From IMG/VR virus record IMGVR_UViG_3300021962_000027: DNA of 64,000 nt. One strand, 5' to 3'. Origin of the DNA: a virus. The notes under the pieces were generated by a model, which saw only the letters and a program-made list of their open reading frames with translations, ran no database searches and had not been told where the DNA came from. The position numbers and the translations under genes were made by a program. Positions within the stretch are counted from its first letter, which is position 1. The number at the start of each line of letters is the position of its first letter. Shown in pieces: positions 30,300-40,293 of this stretch.

Positions 30300-32207
30300 T
30301 TATTGTATTTGTCCAAATCCTGTTGTAAAACCAGCGCCAGTTGTTGTTACCTCAACTTTAGCATTTGTCTTTATATTTGAAACCATTAGTTTAACAGTTT
30401 CTTCTAGTGCTATCATAAGATGGTTTGGTGTACCATCTGGGAAAGTCGCAGCTGTTTCAATACCCTTTTCACTTAAATTGGATTTAAGATCATTGATCAT
30501 AGCGATGTGATTTAATCCTGGTTTTAATGCACCACCTAATAAAACCAATGGTGGTGGTATTGGTGGCATTGGTGTGAAATTGAGTAGCTTTAATAATCTC
30601 AATATTTGTTCGATTATTGATTCACACCCTTTGATTTTAAAACCCTTAAGTGCTTTAAGCAACGCTAATAAACTTTTCAAAGATGAGATGTAATCTAACC
30701 CTCTTTGTTTTAAAAAGTCAGCTGATATCTTCTTCGCTAGATTTACCAAATCTTTTTTAATTAGGTTAAAAATATTCTTAACTAATAAATCCGTAATATA
30801 GTTACCTATTTTAACTATTAATGGTTTTATAAAGCTAATCATGTTTTCAGGTGTTTTTTTACTAGTATCACCTTTTAAAACCAAATATAGTTTTGGAACC
30901 ACCATTAATTTTGGTGTGATAATCATTTGCATTAACGCATATGGTATAGCCTTTAAAATATTTAATTGAACTTCAGCGTTAATATTTGGTAAATTAAGTA
31001 CCGCATTTGTCTCACCATCATTAATAACTTTATTTAAACCATTATTTAAACCCTTTTCTAATAAATTAGCTGCTTGATCTAAGTTAGGTATTTTGGTTGC
31101 GTTATCAATGATCTGATTATTGGGTTGGTCAACAACTTGGTTAGGGTTTTCCCCTGGGAATAGTAATTTAGTTCCTTGACTATTATTGAATAAATCCTCT
31201 AAAGAATTAATTATATCATCTGGATCTATCGCAACATCTAAATTACCGCAAGATGAAAATCTTAAAAAACTGTTAGCCCTTAAATTACCAACATTTTCAA
31301 TATCATCCAGCTCTTTGTTATTAAAATTAAATACGTTATCATAATCTGAATCAGTATTTAATAAACCAGTACCTTCCCCGTTTTTTTGAGCTTGGTTTGG
31401 CCCGTATTGGTCGTTTAAGAACTTTTTATTGGTTGAGTCTGGTTTTGTTGTATCATCTTCCTCACCACAAAAACCAAACATTTTTTTAAGACCTTTTATT
31501 AAAAAACTTTGTTTAACAATAATTGTTTTATTTAAATTACCTTTTACTGATAAAGATCCTGTTAAGATATCCATCAATATTGCCATAAAATTAGGGAAAT
31601 TAAATACTGGTGTTACGATTTCTAAATAATCTTTCAAAAACTCACCAAATTGTTTTTTTGAATAAAACTCACCGAATTTAAATAGGAATGTTGAGTTATC
31701 TATAGCACTTAATGTGAATAGGACTCTATCACCTTTTTTTAATATTAAAGGTGTGTCTGTTGTTGTATTTTGGGCTTTGCTAAAGAAATAATTAACATGT
31801 TTAGTAATATCATTACCATCATATTGTAATTTACCAATACGACTATCAGGTGCGATATTCAATAACCCGAATGAATCGATTTCTTGTTTACTTATTTCGA
31901 TACCAGTTACAGACAATGTTGTATACTTTTCTGGTATCACTAAATTTGGGTCGCAACCAAACATTTGAAAAAATGCATCAGTTATAACTTTATTAATAGA
32001 ATCGAATTTTTTTAATTGGGATAAACTACCTTTTAATATTAAGGATTTAAACTCTTTTTGCCCCCTGGTTGATTTAACTAGTTCTACTAAAAAGTCAATA
32101 AATTCAAGTTTATTTATTTTTTTTTGCGCATCACTGACATATGGTTTCTGTGTATTAGAAACCACTAATGACCTATATCTTGAAAATATTTCGCTTTGTG
32201 AACTCAT
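30300..32207 (-). CDS. Hypothetical (probably structural) protein
   Basis: 635-aa ORF in a late operon with the baseplate gene. Confidence 0.7.
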   Translation of the reverse strand: MSSQSEIFSRYRSLVVSNTQKPYVSDAQKKINKLEFIDFLVELVKSTRGQKEFKSLILKGSLSQLKKFDSINKVITDAFFQMFGCDPNLVIPEKYTTLSVTGIEISKQEIDSFGLLNIAPDSRIGKLQYDGNDITKHVNYFFSKAQNTTTDTPLILKKGDRVLFTLSAIDNSTFLFKFGEFYSKKQFGEFLKDYLEIVTPVFNFPNFMAILMDILTGSLSVKGNLNKTIIVKQSFLIKGLKKMFGFCGEEDDTTKPDSTNKKFLNDQYGPNQAQKNGEGTGLLNTDSDYDNVFNFNNKELDDIENVGNLRANSFLRFSSCGNLDVAIDPDDIINSLEDLFNNSQGTKLLFPGENPNQVVDQPNNQIIDNATKIPNLDQAANLLEKGLNNGLNKVINDGETNAVLNLPNINAEVQLNILKAIPYALMQMIITPKLMVVPKLYLVLKGDTSKKTPENMISFIKPLIVKIGNYITDLLVKNIFNLIKKDLVNLAKKISADFLKQRGLDYISSLKSLLALLKALKGFKIKGCESIIEQILRLLKLLNFTPMPPIPPPLVLLGGALKPGLNHIAMINDLKSNLSEKGIETAATFPDGTPNHLMIALEETVKLMVSNIKTNAKVEVTTTGAGFTTGFGQIQ

Positions 32208-32584
32208 TATTCATATTCTTTTTCGTTCTTATCTGATGAATCACCCTGTTTTTTAATGTAGTCTTCAGCCCATTTTCTGTCCTCATCAGTAATTGTCATA
32301 CTAACACCAGAACCTTCTGTTGGTTTACCAGATTTATAAAGAATATCACCTTGTATTTTGATTAATCTAAGTTTTTTCTCAATAGACGAATCAATGATTT
32401 TAAGTAAATCATTTGTTATTTTACCAACTAAGGCTATATCTGAATTTTCATTAATGTCTCTAGAGAATTTTTTATAAGCCGTTAAAGCCCTATTTCTCTC
32501 ATCAACAATCTCATTGTATGTTTCTTGCATAAGCTCTTTCATGCTTTCTTCCGAAACGTCAACTTTTTTCTTTTTAGGTACCAT
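32207..32584 (-). CDS. Hypothetical protein
   Basis: 125-aa ORF; TATTTAT at 32602-32608. Confidence 0.7.
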   Translation of the reverse strand: MVPKKKKVDVSEESMKELMQETYNEIVDERNRALTAYKKFSRDINENSDIALVGKITNDLLKIIDSSIEKKLRLIKIQGDILYKSGKPTEGSGVSMTITDEDRKWAEDYIKKQGDSSDKNEKEYE

Positions 32585-32608
32585 AATAATGTTATTTATT
32601 AATAAATA

Positions 32609-33322
32609 TCAGGTATCCAAATAATCGTCCTTAAAAATCTTATATAAAGACTTAAATCTCTTCATACTATTCCTAATTTCCTTAGTATTTAAACCTGTCA
32701 TGTTTCTAATATATAGTAATATTAGGTTTTTATTAAATTTAGGTGAATTCTTACCGTCATTAACTTGTGAGAATAATTCTCGCCATTCTTCAAGTATTTT
32801 AACCAATGAGTGCCCAACTTTAAATTCGTTTTCGGATAAATTATCGGCATCAAGATCTTTTCTTATATTAGACGCTAGTGATTCAATAAAAATATTTAAA
32901 TCTAATTCATCATTATCAATCCTATATAATAGTTCATCCCTTTTTAGGATATCACCCTCACTTTGATCAATGTCAACAAGTGACATATTTTTTTTATATT
33001 CTTTAACCATCTCACCAAAGAGATAGTTTTTACAGATGGTACCAAAATATGAAAATGATCTTTTACCCTTTTCGGGTTTAAATTTATCAAATTTAGTCAT
33101 TAAGAATGATAGTGTATCCGCATGCAGGTCGTTGAATTCGTATGATTGTCTGTATAATTTATACGTTCGTATTATACTTTCTATCATAGTATTGATAGGT
33201 TCTTGTAAATATTCTCGATAAATTTTTTCTCTTTCTCCGACAGTTTTAGCATCCAGAAACATGATCACCGCTTTCTCCTGGTCCACACCATAGTAGTTGC
33301 GATCTTTTTTCTGTCTTGCCAT
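32609..33322 (-). CDS. Phage sigma factor, T4 gp55-like (late transcription)
   Basis: Region-2-like KFDKFKPEKGKRSFSYFGTICKNYL. Confidence 0.7.
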   Translation of the reverse strand: MARQKKDRNYYGVDQEKAVIMFLDAKTVGEREKIYREYLQEPINTMIESIIRTYKLYRQSYEFNDLHADTLSFLMTKFDKFKPEKGKRSFSYFGTICKNYLFGEMVKEYKKNMSLVDIDQSEGDILKRDELLYRIDNDELDLNIFIESLASNIRKDLDADNLSENEFKVGHSLVKILEEWRELFSQVNDGKNSPKFNKNLILLYIRNMTGLNTKEIRNSMKRFKSLYKIFKDDYLDT

Positions 33323-34152
33323 TATTCAGTAACTTCATTTTCCTCATAAATTATATGTCTGTCTTCGTTAAACATGTACTCTTTTTTAGCCGTTTCCATC
33401 CAGAAAATAGCTTCTTTTGGTTCGATTTTGTATTCGATAGCCTCGCTATTTTTATATAACCAGAATAACGAACCATCTCTCATGTTAATGTGTTTATACC
33501 CAATTTTAGGGATAACCATTGATTTGTAACCATTTTTATGGAAACGCAATAAGAACTCATAATTAAATGTTAATTTTATTTGCTTAAGACCGTTGATTTC
33601 ATTGTAAACAGATGTTTTAATAACCATACCACACGGACTGATATTTGGGTATTCCAATAAAGTTTCCAAATCAATTGACCCTAGATTTTCTGTAAAATTA
33701 TACGCCCATACAGCTTCGTTTGATAAACCGATAAATTTATTATCTTCAGCAACATCATTAATAATTGGTAAAAACATGTCAACATCCGAATAAGCTTGGA
33801 TATGCTCTTCAACATTTTTATACCAAGTTTTTGAAACCTCATCATCAAATTCGAGCACACTCATAAATTCGGTTGTAACTTCTTTGGCAGCGAAATTTAA
33901 TTGATTTTGGTAATCGCTATCACCGTCATTGGTGATAACCTCAATGTTTAAGTCATATTTTTTGAAATCGAATGTTTCCATTTTAGCGATCACATCAATG
34001 CAATTACATGTAACGATTAAAACCTTTTCTGGTTTAGTATCATTTCTATCGATTGATGATAATGCGATGTCAAATAAAACATCAAATTTTTGCGTACCGA
34101 TATCCTCTACTGAATGTACTGGTACTATAACGGTTAAATTAGTTTTCTTCAT
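33322..34152 (-). CDS. GT2-family glycosyltransferase
   Basis: LTVIVPVH N-terminus; N.AAKEV.TEFMSVLEFDD (DxD-like). Confidence 0.8.
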   Translation of the reverse strand: MKKTNLTVIVPVHSVEDIGTQKFDVLFDIALSSIDRNDTKPEKVLIVTCNCIDVIAKMETFDFKKYDLNIEVITNDGDSDYQNQLNFAAKEVTTEFMSVLEFDDEVSKTWYKNVEEHIQAYSDVDMFLPIINDVAEDNKFIGLSNEAVWAYNFTENLGSIDLETLLEYPNISPCGMVIKTSVYNEINGLKQIKLTFNYEFLLRFHKNGYKSMVIPKIGYKHINMRDGSLFWLYKNSEAIEYKIEPKEAIFWMETAKKEYMFNEDRHIIYEENEVTE

Positions 34153-35221
34153 TTTCTTCTACTGTTTGTTGGTTAAAATTTTCTTTTATTTTTTCTAATT
34201 TAGAAATCTTCTTATTGAATAAGTGTTGGAAAACTTCTGTTGTATTCTTTTCAAAAATTTCGTGTGTATATCTATCGATGATGGTTTCGGAAACATTAAG
34301 TAAATTTTCTGGTAATGTATCATCTAACCAATTTTTAATATAACTAGATAAGATCTCTGGGATCTGATTTTCATCATAAACCCAAATTCCATTATCATCC
34401 GTCATCCATTCTGGGATGATATTAGGTACTTTACCGATAACAGGTACATTACATCTAATTGATTCAGCTGGGAATCTACCGAAAGATGAATCATCATCAA
34501 CCCAAATAGAAACAGCACATTCTTTTAAATTTTCCGCAAAATCATTATGATTCATAGCGTGCATATCTTTAAAAGAGATAAATCTGTAAATAGGATATTT
34601 AAGGTAAAACGCTTTAATAATCTTAGCAGCTTTTCTCGCTTCACGGCAATGAATTGCGATGATAGGTTTTTTTGGTTTTTCGCTAGTTGTAAAAACTTCT
34701 GATAAACTTGGTTCGATGAACTGTACGTCTTCCACGGGAACCGTATCTTCGATCATAGCCTTTAATGTATTAGAAGTAGTGATGCACTCTTCAGCACCAA
34801 GATCAACCCATGATTTACCAGGTGAAAAAGCTTCTAACATGTAGTCAAAAGACTGTACATAAATGATTTTTTCCAAAGGCATTGTATTGATTTGTTCAAA
34901 CACACTACCATAAACTTCTGGTACAACGATAAAATCAGATGGTCCAACAACTAAATTGTTGTCTTCAATAGACATGTGTTCTAATTCATCACATTCTGGT
35001 GTTAACCAAGAACCAACTTTAATGAAGTCATTTTTTTCGTGTAAAATAGCCACATTATAACCATTATTTTTAAGCGCTAATGCTTGGTTGTACAAGTGAA
35101 TCACACTTGATTTACCGTTACCCTTTGTATCAGGTACTAGGAAAATAATTTTATGCTCTTTGTTTTTAATCTTATCGATCGCAGAGTCAAGATTTTTAAC
35201 TATTTCTTTACTTTTTTCCAT
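34139..35221 (-). CDS. GT-B glycosyltransferase-like protein
   Basis: DFIVVPEVY; SSFGRFPAESIRCNVPVIG (GT4-like E-x7-E region). Confidence 0.65.
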   Translation of the reverse strand: MEKSKEIVKNLDSAIDKIKNKEHKIIFLVPDTKGNGKSSVIHLYNQALALKNNGYNVAILHEKNDFIKVGSWLTPECDELEHMSIEDNNLVVGPSDFIVVPEVYGSVFEQINTMPLEKIIYVQSFDYMLEAFSPGKSWVDLGAEECITTSNTLKAMIEDTVPVEDVQFIEPSLSEVFTTSEKPKKPIIAIHCREARKAAKIIKAFYLKYPIYRFISFKDMHAMNHNDFAENLKECAVSIWVDDDSSFGRFPAESIRCNVPVIGKVPNIIPEWMTDDNGIWVYDENQIPEILSSYIKNWLDDTLPENLLNVSETIIDRYTHEIFEKNTTEVFQHLFNKKISKLEKIKENFNQQTVEENEEN

Positions 35222-35843
35222 TTTTTTCTTTATTTAGTTTTTTTAGTAGTTTGAATAATTCTTCAGTATTAATTATAGTATAATCGGATTTAATGTCAAT
35301 ATTAAATTCATTTTGATATTTTATCGATACCTTATCTTTGGGTTTTGTTTTAAGTAATTTGGGGTTATCTGTCACTAGTACATCACAGTTAGACCAAAAA
35401 TCCTTCCACTTTTTGGGGAAGACTATCTGATCTAGGTTATAGTAATTCTTACTTAAGAAAAATAATGTAGCCGACTTTGATCTTTGGCTTTCATTATTCA
35501 ATAAAATTATATTGATCTTATTTTTATTGGAGAAATCAGATATTTGTTTAATTATACCTGGTATTGTCTCATCTGTTCTCCCAAAAACCTCAAAACAAGC
35601 GTCCTCATACATAAATCTATCCAGATTAAAAGATGTATCTTTTTTGTTTTCAGTAAATTCAATCTCTTGGTCGTCTTTGAACTCAGGTTCGTCAACATCA
35701 CCTTCAATATCTGGGAAGGACTTGGATAAATCAAAAGGATTTATAGGTTCGATAGCTTCTTTTTCGAATTCGAACTCATATAAATCCTTAAGTTTTGAAA
35801 TGTGGTCTCTTAGTATGTTGTTTATAGTTATACCTACTATCAT
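35208..35843 (-). CDS. Degenerate 5'(3')-nucleotidase-like HAD protein
   Basis: MIVGITINNILRD replaces the DxDG motif I; CDVLVTDNP replaces IDD. Confidence 0.5.
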   Translation of the reverse strand: MIVGITINNILRDHISKLKDLYEFEFEKEAIEPINPFDLSKSFPDIEGDVDEPEFKDDQEIEFTENKKDTSFNLDRFMYEDACFEVFGRTDETIPGIIKQISDFSNKNKINIILLNNESQRSKSATLFFLSKNYYNLDQIVFPKKWKDFWSNCDVLVTDNPKLLKTKPKDKVSIKYQNEFNIDIKSDYTIINTEELFKLLKKLNKEKNGKK

Positions 35844-35891
35844 ATCATTATTTTTAGATAAAAATAATAATGAAGTGGTGTAAAATAAACC

Positions 35892-36656
35892 CTACATTTT
35901 ATTTTCGTTAAATATTTTTTCGATTTTTTTGATTAGAGGGTTTCTTACAACATCGTCTTCACCCAAAACAATCGTACCAACTTCATCAAAATCGCTAAAC
36001 TTTTGGATGATGAAGTTTAATGAACTCTCACCTCTTTTTTTCATATCAATTTGATTTTCATCACCAAGAAAAATCATTTTAGAGTTTTCACCTAATCTGG
36101 TCATGATTGTTCTGATATTATCTATTGAGATATTTTGAGCCTCATCGATAATAGTGATCGAATTATCAATATTGATACCTCTCATATACGCAATCGGCAT
36201 CTCTTCGATCATATTATTAGCTCGTAGAATTTCAACATTATGTTTACCAACCACTTTTTCAAAATTATGCATAAATGAGAACATAAATGGTTCCATCTTT
36301 TCTTTCATCGTACCTTTTAAAAAACCAATCTCTTCATCTTTTAAAGTCGTTACCGATTTAACTATAACAATTTTTCTATATCTAGAGTCATTCTTAAGTA
36401 ATTCCAAAGCCATGGCGCATGATAAAAAGGTTTTACCAGTACCTGGTAAACCAGAACAAATAACAATCTCTTTATTCCTTATTTCAGTAATGAGCTTTTT
36501 TTGGTTTTGAGTTTTGCATTTAATGTCCACCTTCATTTTATCTAAAACATTACCACTGTGCGCACGGGTAATACTTTCAAGAGCTTCATACTCTTCTTCA
36601 GGTGTTAATTTTTTTCTCGTTCTTCTTGTTGTTGGTTTTGTTTGTCTGTTACCCAT
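35892..36656 (-). CDS. phoH: PhoH-family ATPase
   Basis: GLPGTGKT, IGFLKG, PIAYMRG, IIDEAQN, TRLG, GDENQID and DVVRN motifs. Confidence 0.95.
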   Translation of the reverse strand: MGNRQTKPTTRRTRKKLTPEEEYEALESITRAHSGNVLDKMKVDIKCKTQNQKKLITEIRNKEIVICSGLPGTGKTFLSCAMALELLKNDSRYRKIVIVKSVTTLKDEEIGFLKGTMKEKMEPFMFSFMHNFEKVVGKHNVEILRANNMIEEMPIAYMRGINIDNSITIIDEAQNISIDNIRTIMTRLGENSKMIFLGDENQIDMKKRGESSLNFIIQKFSDFDEVGTIVLGEDDVVRNPLIKKIEKIFNENKM

Positions 36657-36657
36657 A

Positions 36658-36948
36658 TTAAAAGTAATTTTCGCTGTTTATATTTTTATCATCAATAAAT
36701 AAATCATAAGGTGGTTTACCAAACTTTAACTCGTGGTATTTAACACCCCATTCTTTAAATTGTTTCTTTGTTAACTCTGAATGGTCAATACCTGTAACAG
36801 AACCTCTTGCTGTCCAGTATACAATTGTATTACCTTCATCGTATAATTTATTTATTTTTTCAATCCTTTCGGGCATCGGTGTTACTTCATTATAATCGGT
36901 ACCCTCTGTAACACATATTGTATTATCAATATCAACGTATATTAACAT
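36658..36948 (-). CDS. Capless HAD phosphatase (capsule-biosynthesis type); candidate nonulosonate-9-phosphate phosphatase
   Basis: VDIDNTI, WTARG and GKP..DLFIDDK motifs; adjacent to NeuB. Confidence 0.75.
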   Translation of the reverse strand: MLIYVDIDNTICVTEGTDYNEVTPMPERIEKINKLYDEGNTIVYWTARGSVTGIDHSELTKKQFKEWGVKYHELKFGKPPYDLFIDDKNINSENYF

Positions 36949-36983
36949 AGTTTAACTAATTTGATGTCGTCTTTATTTTTTAA

Positions 36984-37817
36984 TTATTTTCTTAAACTTT
37001 TTTGTTTACTCAGTTCACCACCAAATAGTTCTCTAGCCATCATTGGTATTGATAGGGCTGCTTCGATATCACGAACACCTTTAACTAGTTTAAATAACCC
37101 AGATGGTTCAATTGATGCCGAATGATCTGAACCCCACATATCTCTATCCAGTGTGATATGTCGTTCAATCCAAGTTGCACCCATTGGGATGGTTGCAAAC
37201 GTTGTAACTAAACCATATTCATGACCACTATAACCAATCTCTTTATCAGGGTACCAGTTTTTAAGCCAATGGATATAATTGAGATTTAATTCATCAACAG
37301 GGCATGGGTATGTTGAATTGGTATGCATGATAACATCAGGATCACACTCTGAGATACAAGCCCTAACTTCTTTTTCAGTACTCATACCAGTTGAAATCAT
37401 CAGATAATCTGCTTTCCCCCTGGCGTACTGACATAACTCAGAATCGGTTATTAGAGCTGATGGTATTTTCATAACAACACCCAAATCGGTTTTATATTTC
37501 ATCATAAAATCAACCGATGATTTATCCCAAACAGAGGCAAACCAATTAATACCGATTTCTTTACAGAATCTATCAATTTCGTCATATTCTTCATAACCAA
37601 ATTCTGTTCTCCATTTATATTCTAAATAAGTTATTTCACCCCAAGGTGTCTGACGCATTTTACTTTTTTGCTCCTCTGGTACGCAAACGTCTGGGTTTCT
37701 TTTTTGAAACTTTACGTAGTCACATCCAGCGGCTTTTGCAACAAGGATTAAATCCTTTGCTATTTTAAGGTCACCGTTATGGTTGATACCTATTTCAGCG
37801 ATAATTTTTGTACTCAT
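36984..37817 (-). CDS. neuB: NeuB-family nonulosonic acid synthase lacking the C-terminal SAF domain
   Basis: IIAEIGINHNGD, VKFQKR, KIPS, STGMS, STYP, GYSGHE and IERHITLD...GSDH motifs. Confidence 0.93.
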   Translation of the reverse strand: MSTKIIAEIGINHNGDLKIAKDLILVAKAAGCDYVKFQKRNPDVCVPEEQKSKMRQTPWGEITYLEYKWRTEFGYEEYDEIDRFCKEIGINWFASVWDKSSVDFMMKYKTDLGVVMKIPSALITDSELCQYARGKADYLMISTGMSTEKEVRACISECDPDVIMHTNSTYPCPVDELNLNYIHWLKNWYPDKEIGYSGHEYGLVTTFATIPMGATWIERHITLDRDMWGSDHSASIEPSGLFKLVKGVRDIEAALSIPMMARELFGGELSKQKSLRK

Positions 37818-37821
37818 TTTG

Positions 37822-38463
37822 TTAATTAATTAAATCGGTGTAAAATATTTTATTTAGCATAATGTAGTCGTTTTGTTTGACATTAATTGATGATGATTTA
37901 AATATAGGGAAAAATCCCATTTTTTCAACATATTCTAGAACTTCTGGTTCAAGTGTTTGTCCGTTAAAATACTCAAGTTCCTCAGTCTCAATCTGTAGAA
38001 CCCTAATTTTATTTAATAAATTACCAAAACTTTCTAAAGCCTCTAAGGTTGCACCCTCAACATCGATTTTTACAAGATCGGGTATTAACAGATTATTTTT
38101 TGTGATAAAAGTATCCATTCTAGAACATTCTAGTTCAACTAATATATCTTTAGTTTTTGAAAGGTTTTGTTCAAAAATACTATGTATACCATTTTGTTCT
38201 TTCTGATAAAATTGTGTTTTGCCGTCATAATTACGAATAATTATTTGGTGGAAACTAACTTTATCGGTGTTTTTGTCTCGTAAAAATTTTTCATAATTAT
38301 CGGGTAATCCTTCAAAACCAACAACATCGCAATTAAATAATTCTGATAATAAAAAACTATCAGCGCCATTAAGGCATCCTATGTCGTAAACTGTTTTTAT
38401 TTCTGAGATGTCAATTTTTTTAACTAAAACATCTTTCATTGTTTGCATGTCTAATCTAGCCAT
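37822..38463 (-). CDS. FkbM-family SAM methyltransferase
   Basis: VYDIGCLNG, GFEG and DLVKIDVEGA..EAL motifs. Confidence 0.85.
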   Translation of the reverse strand: MARLDMQTMKDVLVKKIDISEIKTVYDIGCLNGADSFLLSELFNCDVVGFEGLPDNYEKFLRDKNTDKVSFHQIIIRNYDGKTQFYQKEQNGIHSIFEQNLSKTKDILVELECSRMDTFITKNNLLIPDLVKIDVEGATLEALESFGNLLNKIRVLQIETEELEYFNGQTLEPEVLEYVEKMGFFPIFKSSSINVKQNDYIMLNKIFYTDLIN

Positions 38464-39302
38464 TTTTCGTAAATTTTAATGTATTCATTTGCAATTGTTT
38501 TCGGGTCCCAATATTTTTCCATCCAAAGCCTGCTTTCATAACCAAGCTCTAAAACATTATTTAAACCAGATTCAATTAACTCAATTAATTTATTTTTTAA
38601 TTCATCACAATTAACATTGATGAATGGATTTCTATCTGCACCAGAAGCTTCTAATAAAACTTTATTAACACTACTACCAATAGAACATATTGTTGCTGAC
38701 CCCATGGCCATAGCCTCTAACCCAGATCTATGATATGATGTTGTTTTAACCTCATCTATGAATATGTTACATAAAGCTTTTCTTTCTAAACATTCTTTTA
38801 AGGGTACACCAATTATTATATCAATTTCAATTTTATCTTTATAAATCTCTTTTAATTCGTTTAAAATAGGTACTGTCTCAACATACCCTTTATCAGCCCA
38901 ATCGGAACCTGGTTTAAGTGTTGATGGTGAGTAACCAATACGAATGATATCTTGTTGATATTGCGGGAAGAACATTTCGTCATATAAATCAATCGGATTC
39001 CTAACAATTTTACAGTTACTGTATTCTTGTAAAGTTGCGTGGTATTGCGCTATAACTAATTTAGGGCATGTGGCATCTAACGCAACCCTAAAAGGTTCAC
39101 TATGAAATTGAATTATATTTTTTTTATCCGTATCAATTAGTTTATTGTGCTGGTGTACGATATCGGTTTCAGGTATAATACCTTTTTGGGGGTATGAATA
39201 CCCAATAACATATGAATTATGATTTGTATATTTGTTAATAACATCACTAATAGCTTCAGGTGCTTTAGCTATTGCTGTTGGTTTATATTGTGCTATTATC
39301 AT
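38451..39302 (-). CDS. Glycosyltransferase-like protein (GT-B)
   Basis: YSPS...DKG, NIFIDE and SGLEAMAMG motifs. Confidence 0.65.
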   Translation of the reverse strand: MIIAQYKPTAIAKAPEAISDVINKYTNHNSYVIGYSYPQKGIIPETDIVHQHNKLIDTDKKNIIQFHSEPFRVALDATCPKLVIAQYHATLQEYSNCKIVRNPIDLYDEMFFPQYQQDIIRIGYSPSTLKPGSDWADKGYVETVPILNELKEIYKDKIEIDIIIGVPLKECLERKALCNIFIDEVKTTSYHRSGLEAMAMGSATICSIGSSVNKVLLEASGADRNPFINVNCDELKNKLIELIESGLNNVLELGYESRLWMEKYWDPKTIANEYIKIYEKWLD

Positions 39303-40293
39303 AAAAAGTTATAATATTATTTTCCTTATCGTAACTATTAGCATTTTCCATTATACTATTTTTTTCAAAATTATAATCATGTACGCTTGATATATTTAAA
39401 CTAACACCTTCATCGGTTCTTAAAATACTTTCGAGCCCGTTTTCGTAAAAATTAAAACCAATTAAATCTATTTTTTCGTAACCACCTAATTTTAATAATA
39501 ATGTTAACATAACAAAACCAGTTGTTGGTGGTTTATTTGTTATTTTTTGTCCATTTATTTCATTATGGTGATTATATTTTAATATAAGACTCTGTTTGAA
39601 TTTATCTAACGATTCAATTTTTTTAATCCAGTTTTTTAATGAAATTGAAACTACAAATCTAATTGGTACAAATTGATCTAGGTTTATATCTTGTAAATAA
39701 ACACTAGCGTGTATCGTGGTTTTTTTACCAGTATACTCTTCATCTAATTTAAAAGAATTAAACCTAATAACTATATCGTATGAATCAATTAGTCGGCCAT
39801 TTTTATTTTTTAATAAATCAGATGAATTAGCGACAAGTATTATATTTTTACCACTAATAAAATTTTTAAGATTTGTTAAATCAATAAAAGACCTGTTAAC
39901 ATTTTTAATCTTTAATTCACGATCTATAGTTTTTGATAATTTATCAATACTTTCTGAGTTTAGATTTTTTTTATCACTAATTAATTTATATAATTCAGTT
40001 AAATTCCTACCAGATTGTTGACCTTTTTTTTCAAATACCTTTTTGATAACCGTTTCAACAACATTACCTTTTTTTAATGTCGAATCTGGTACAACGCTAC
40101 ACCCTTTTTTCATAATAGTGGGTTCTGGTGTTGAGCTAATACCCCTTTTAAGGTGTGTTTTTTCTGGGACAACAACTTTTTCCTCAATAATAGCGCTCTG
40201 TTTGTCAGTATCAACTGTGACAACCTGCTCATCAGATTTTTTAACCACCTTGCCTTGCGTAAGGCCTTTATTTTTCTTTATGAAATAACCCAT
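39283..40293 (-). CDS. GT29-type sialyltransferase with a Lys-rich N-terminal extension
   Basis: Sialylmotif L (VANSSDL....G..IDSYDIVIRFN), S (PTTG...IGFNFY) and VS (HDYNFE). Confidence 0.78.
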   Translation of the reverse strand: MGYFIKKNKGLTQGKVVKKSDEQVVTVDTDKQSAIIEEKVVVPEKTHLKRGISSTPEPTIMKKGCSVVPDSTLKKGNVVETVIKKVFEKKGQQSGRNLTELYKLISDKKNLNSESIDKLSKTIDRELKIKNVNRSFIDLTNLKNFISGKNIILVANSSDLLKNKNGRLIDSYDIVIRFNSFKLDEEYTGKKTTIHASVYLQDINLDQFVPIRFVVSISLKNWIKKIESLDKFKQSLILKYNHHNEINGQKITNKPPTTGFVMLTLLLKLGGYEKIDLIGFNFYENGLESILRTDEGVSLNISSVHDYNFEKNSIMENANSYDKENNIITFYDNSTI

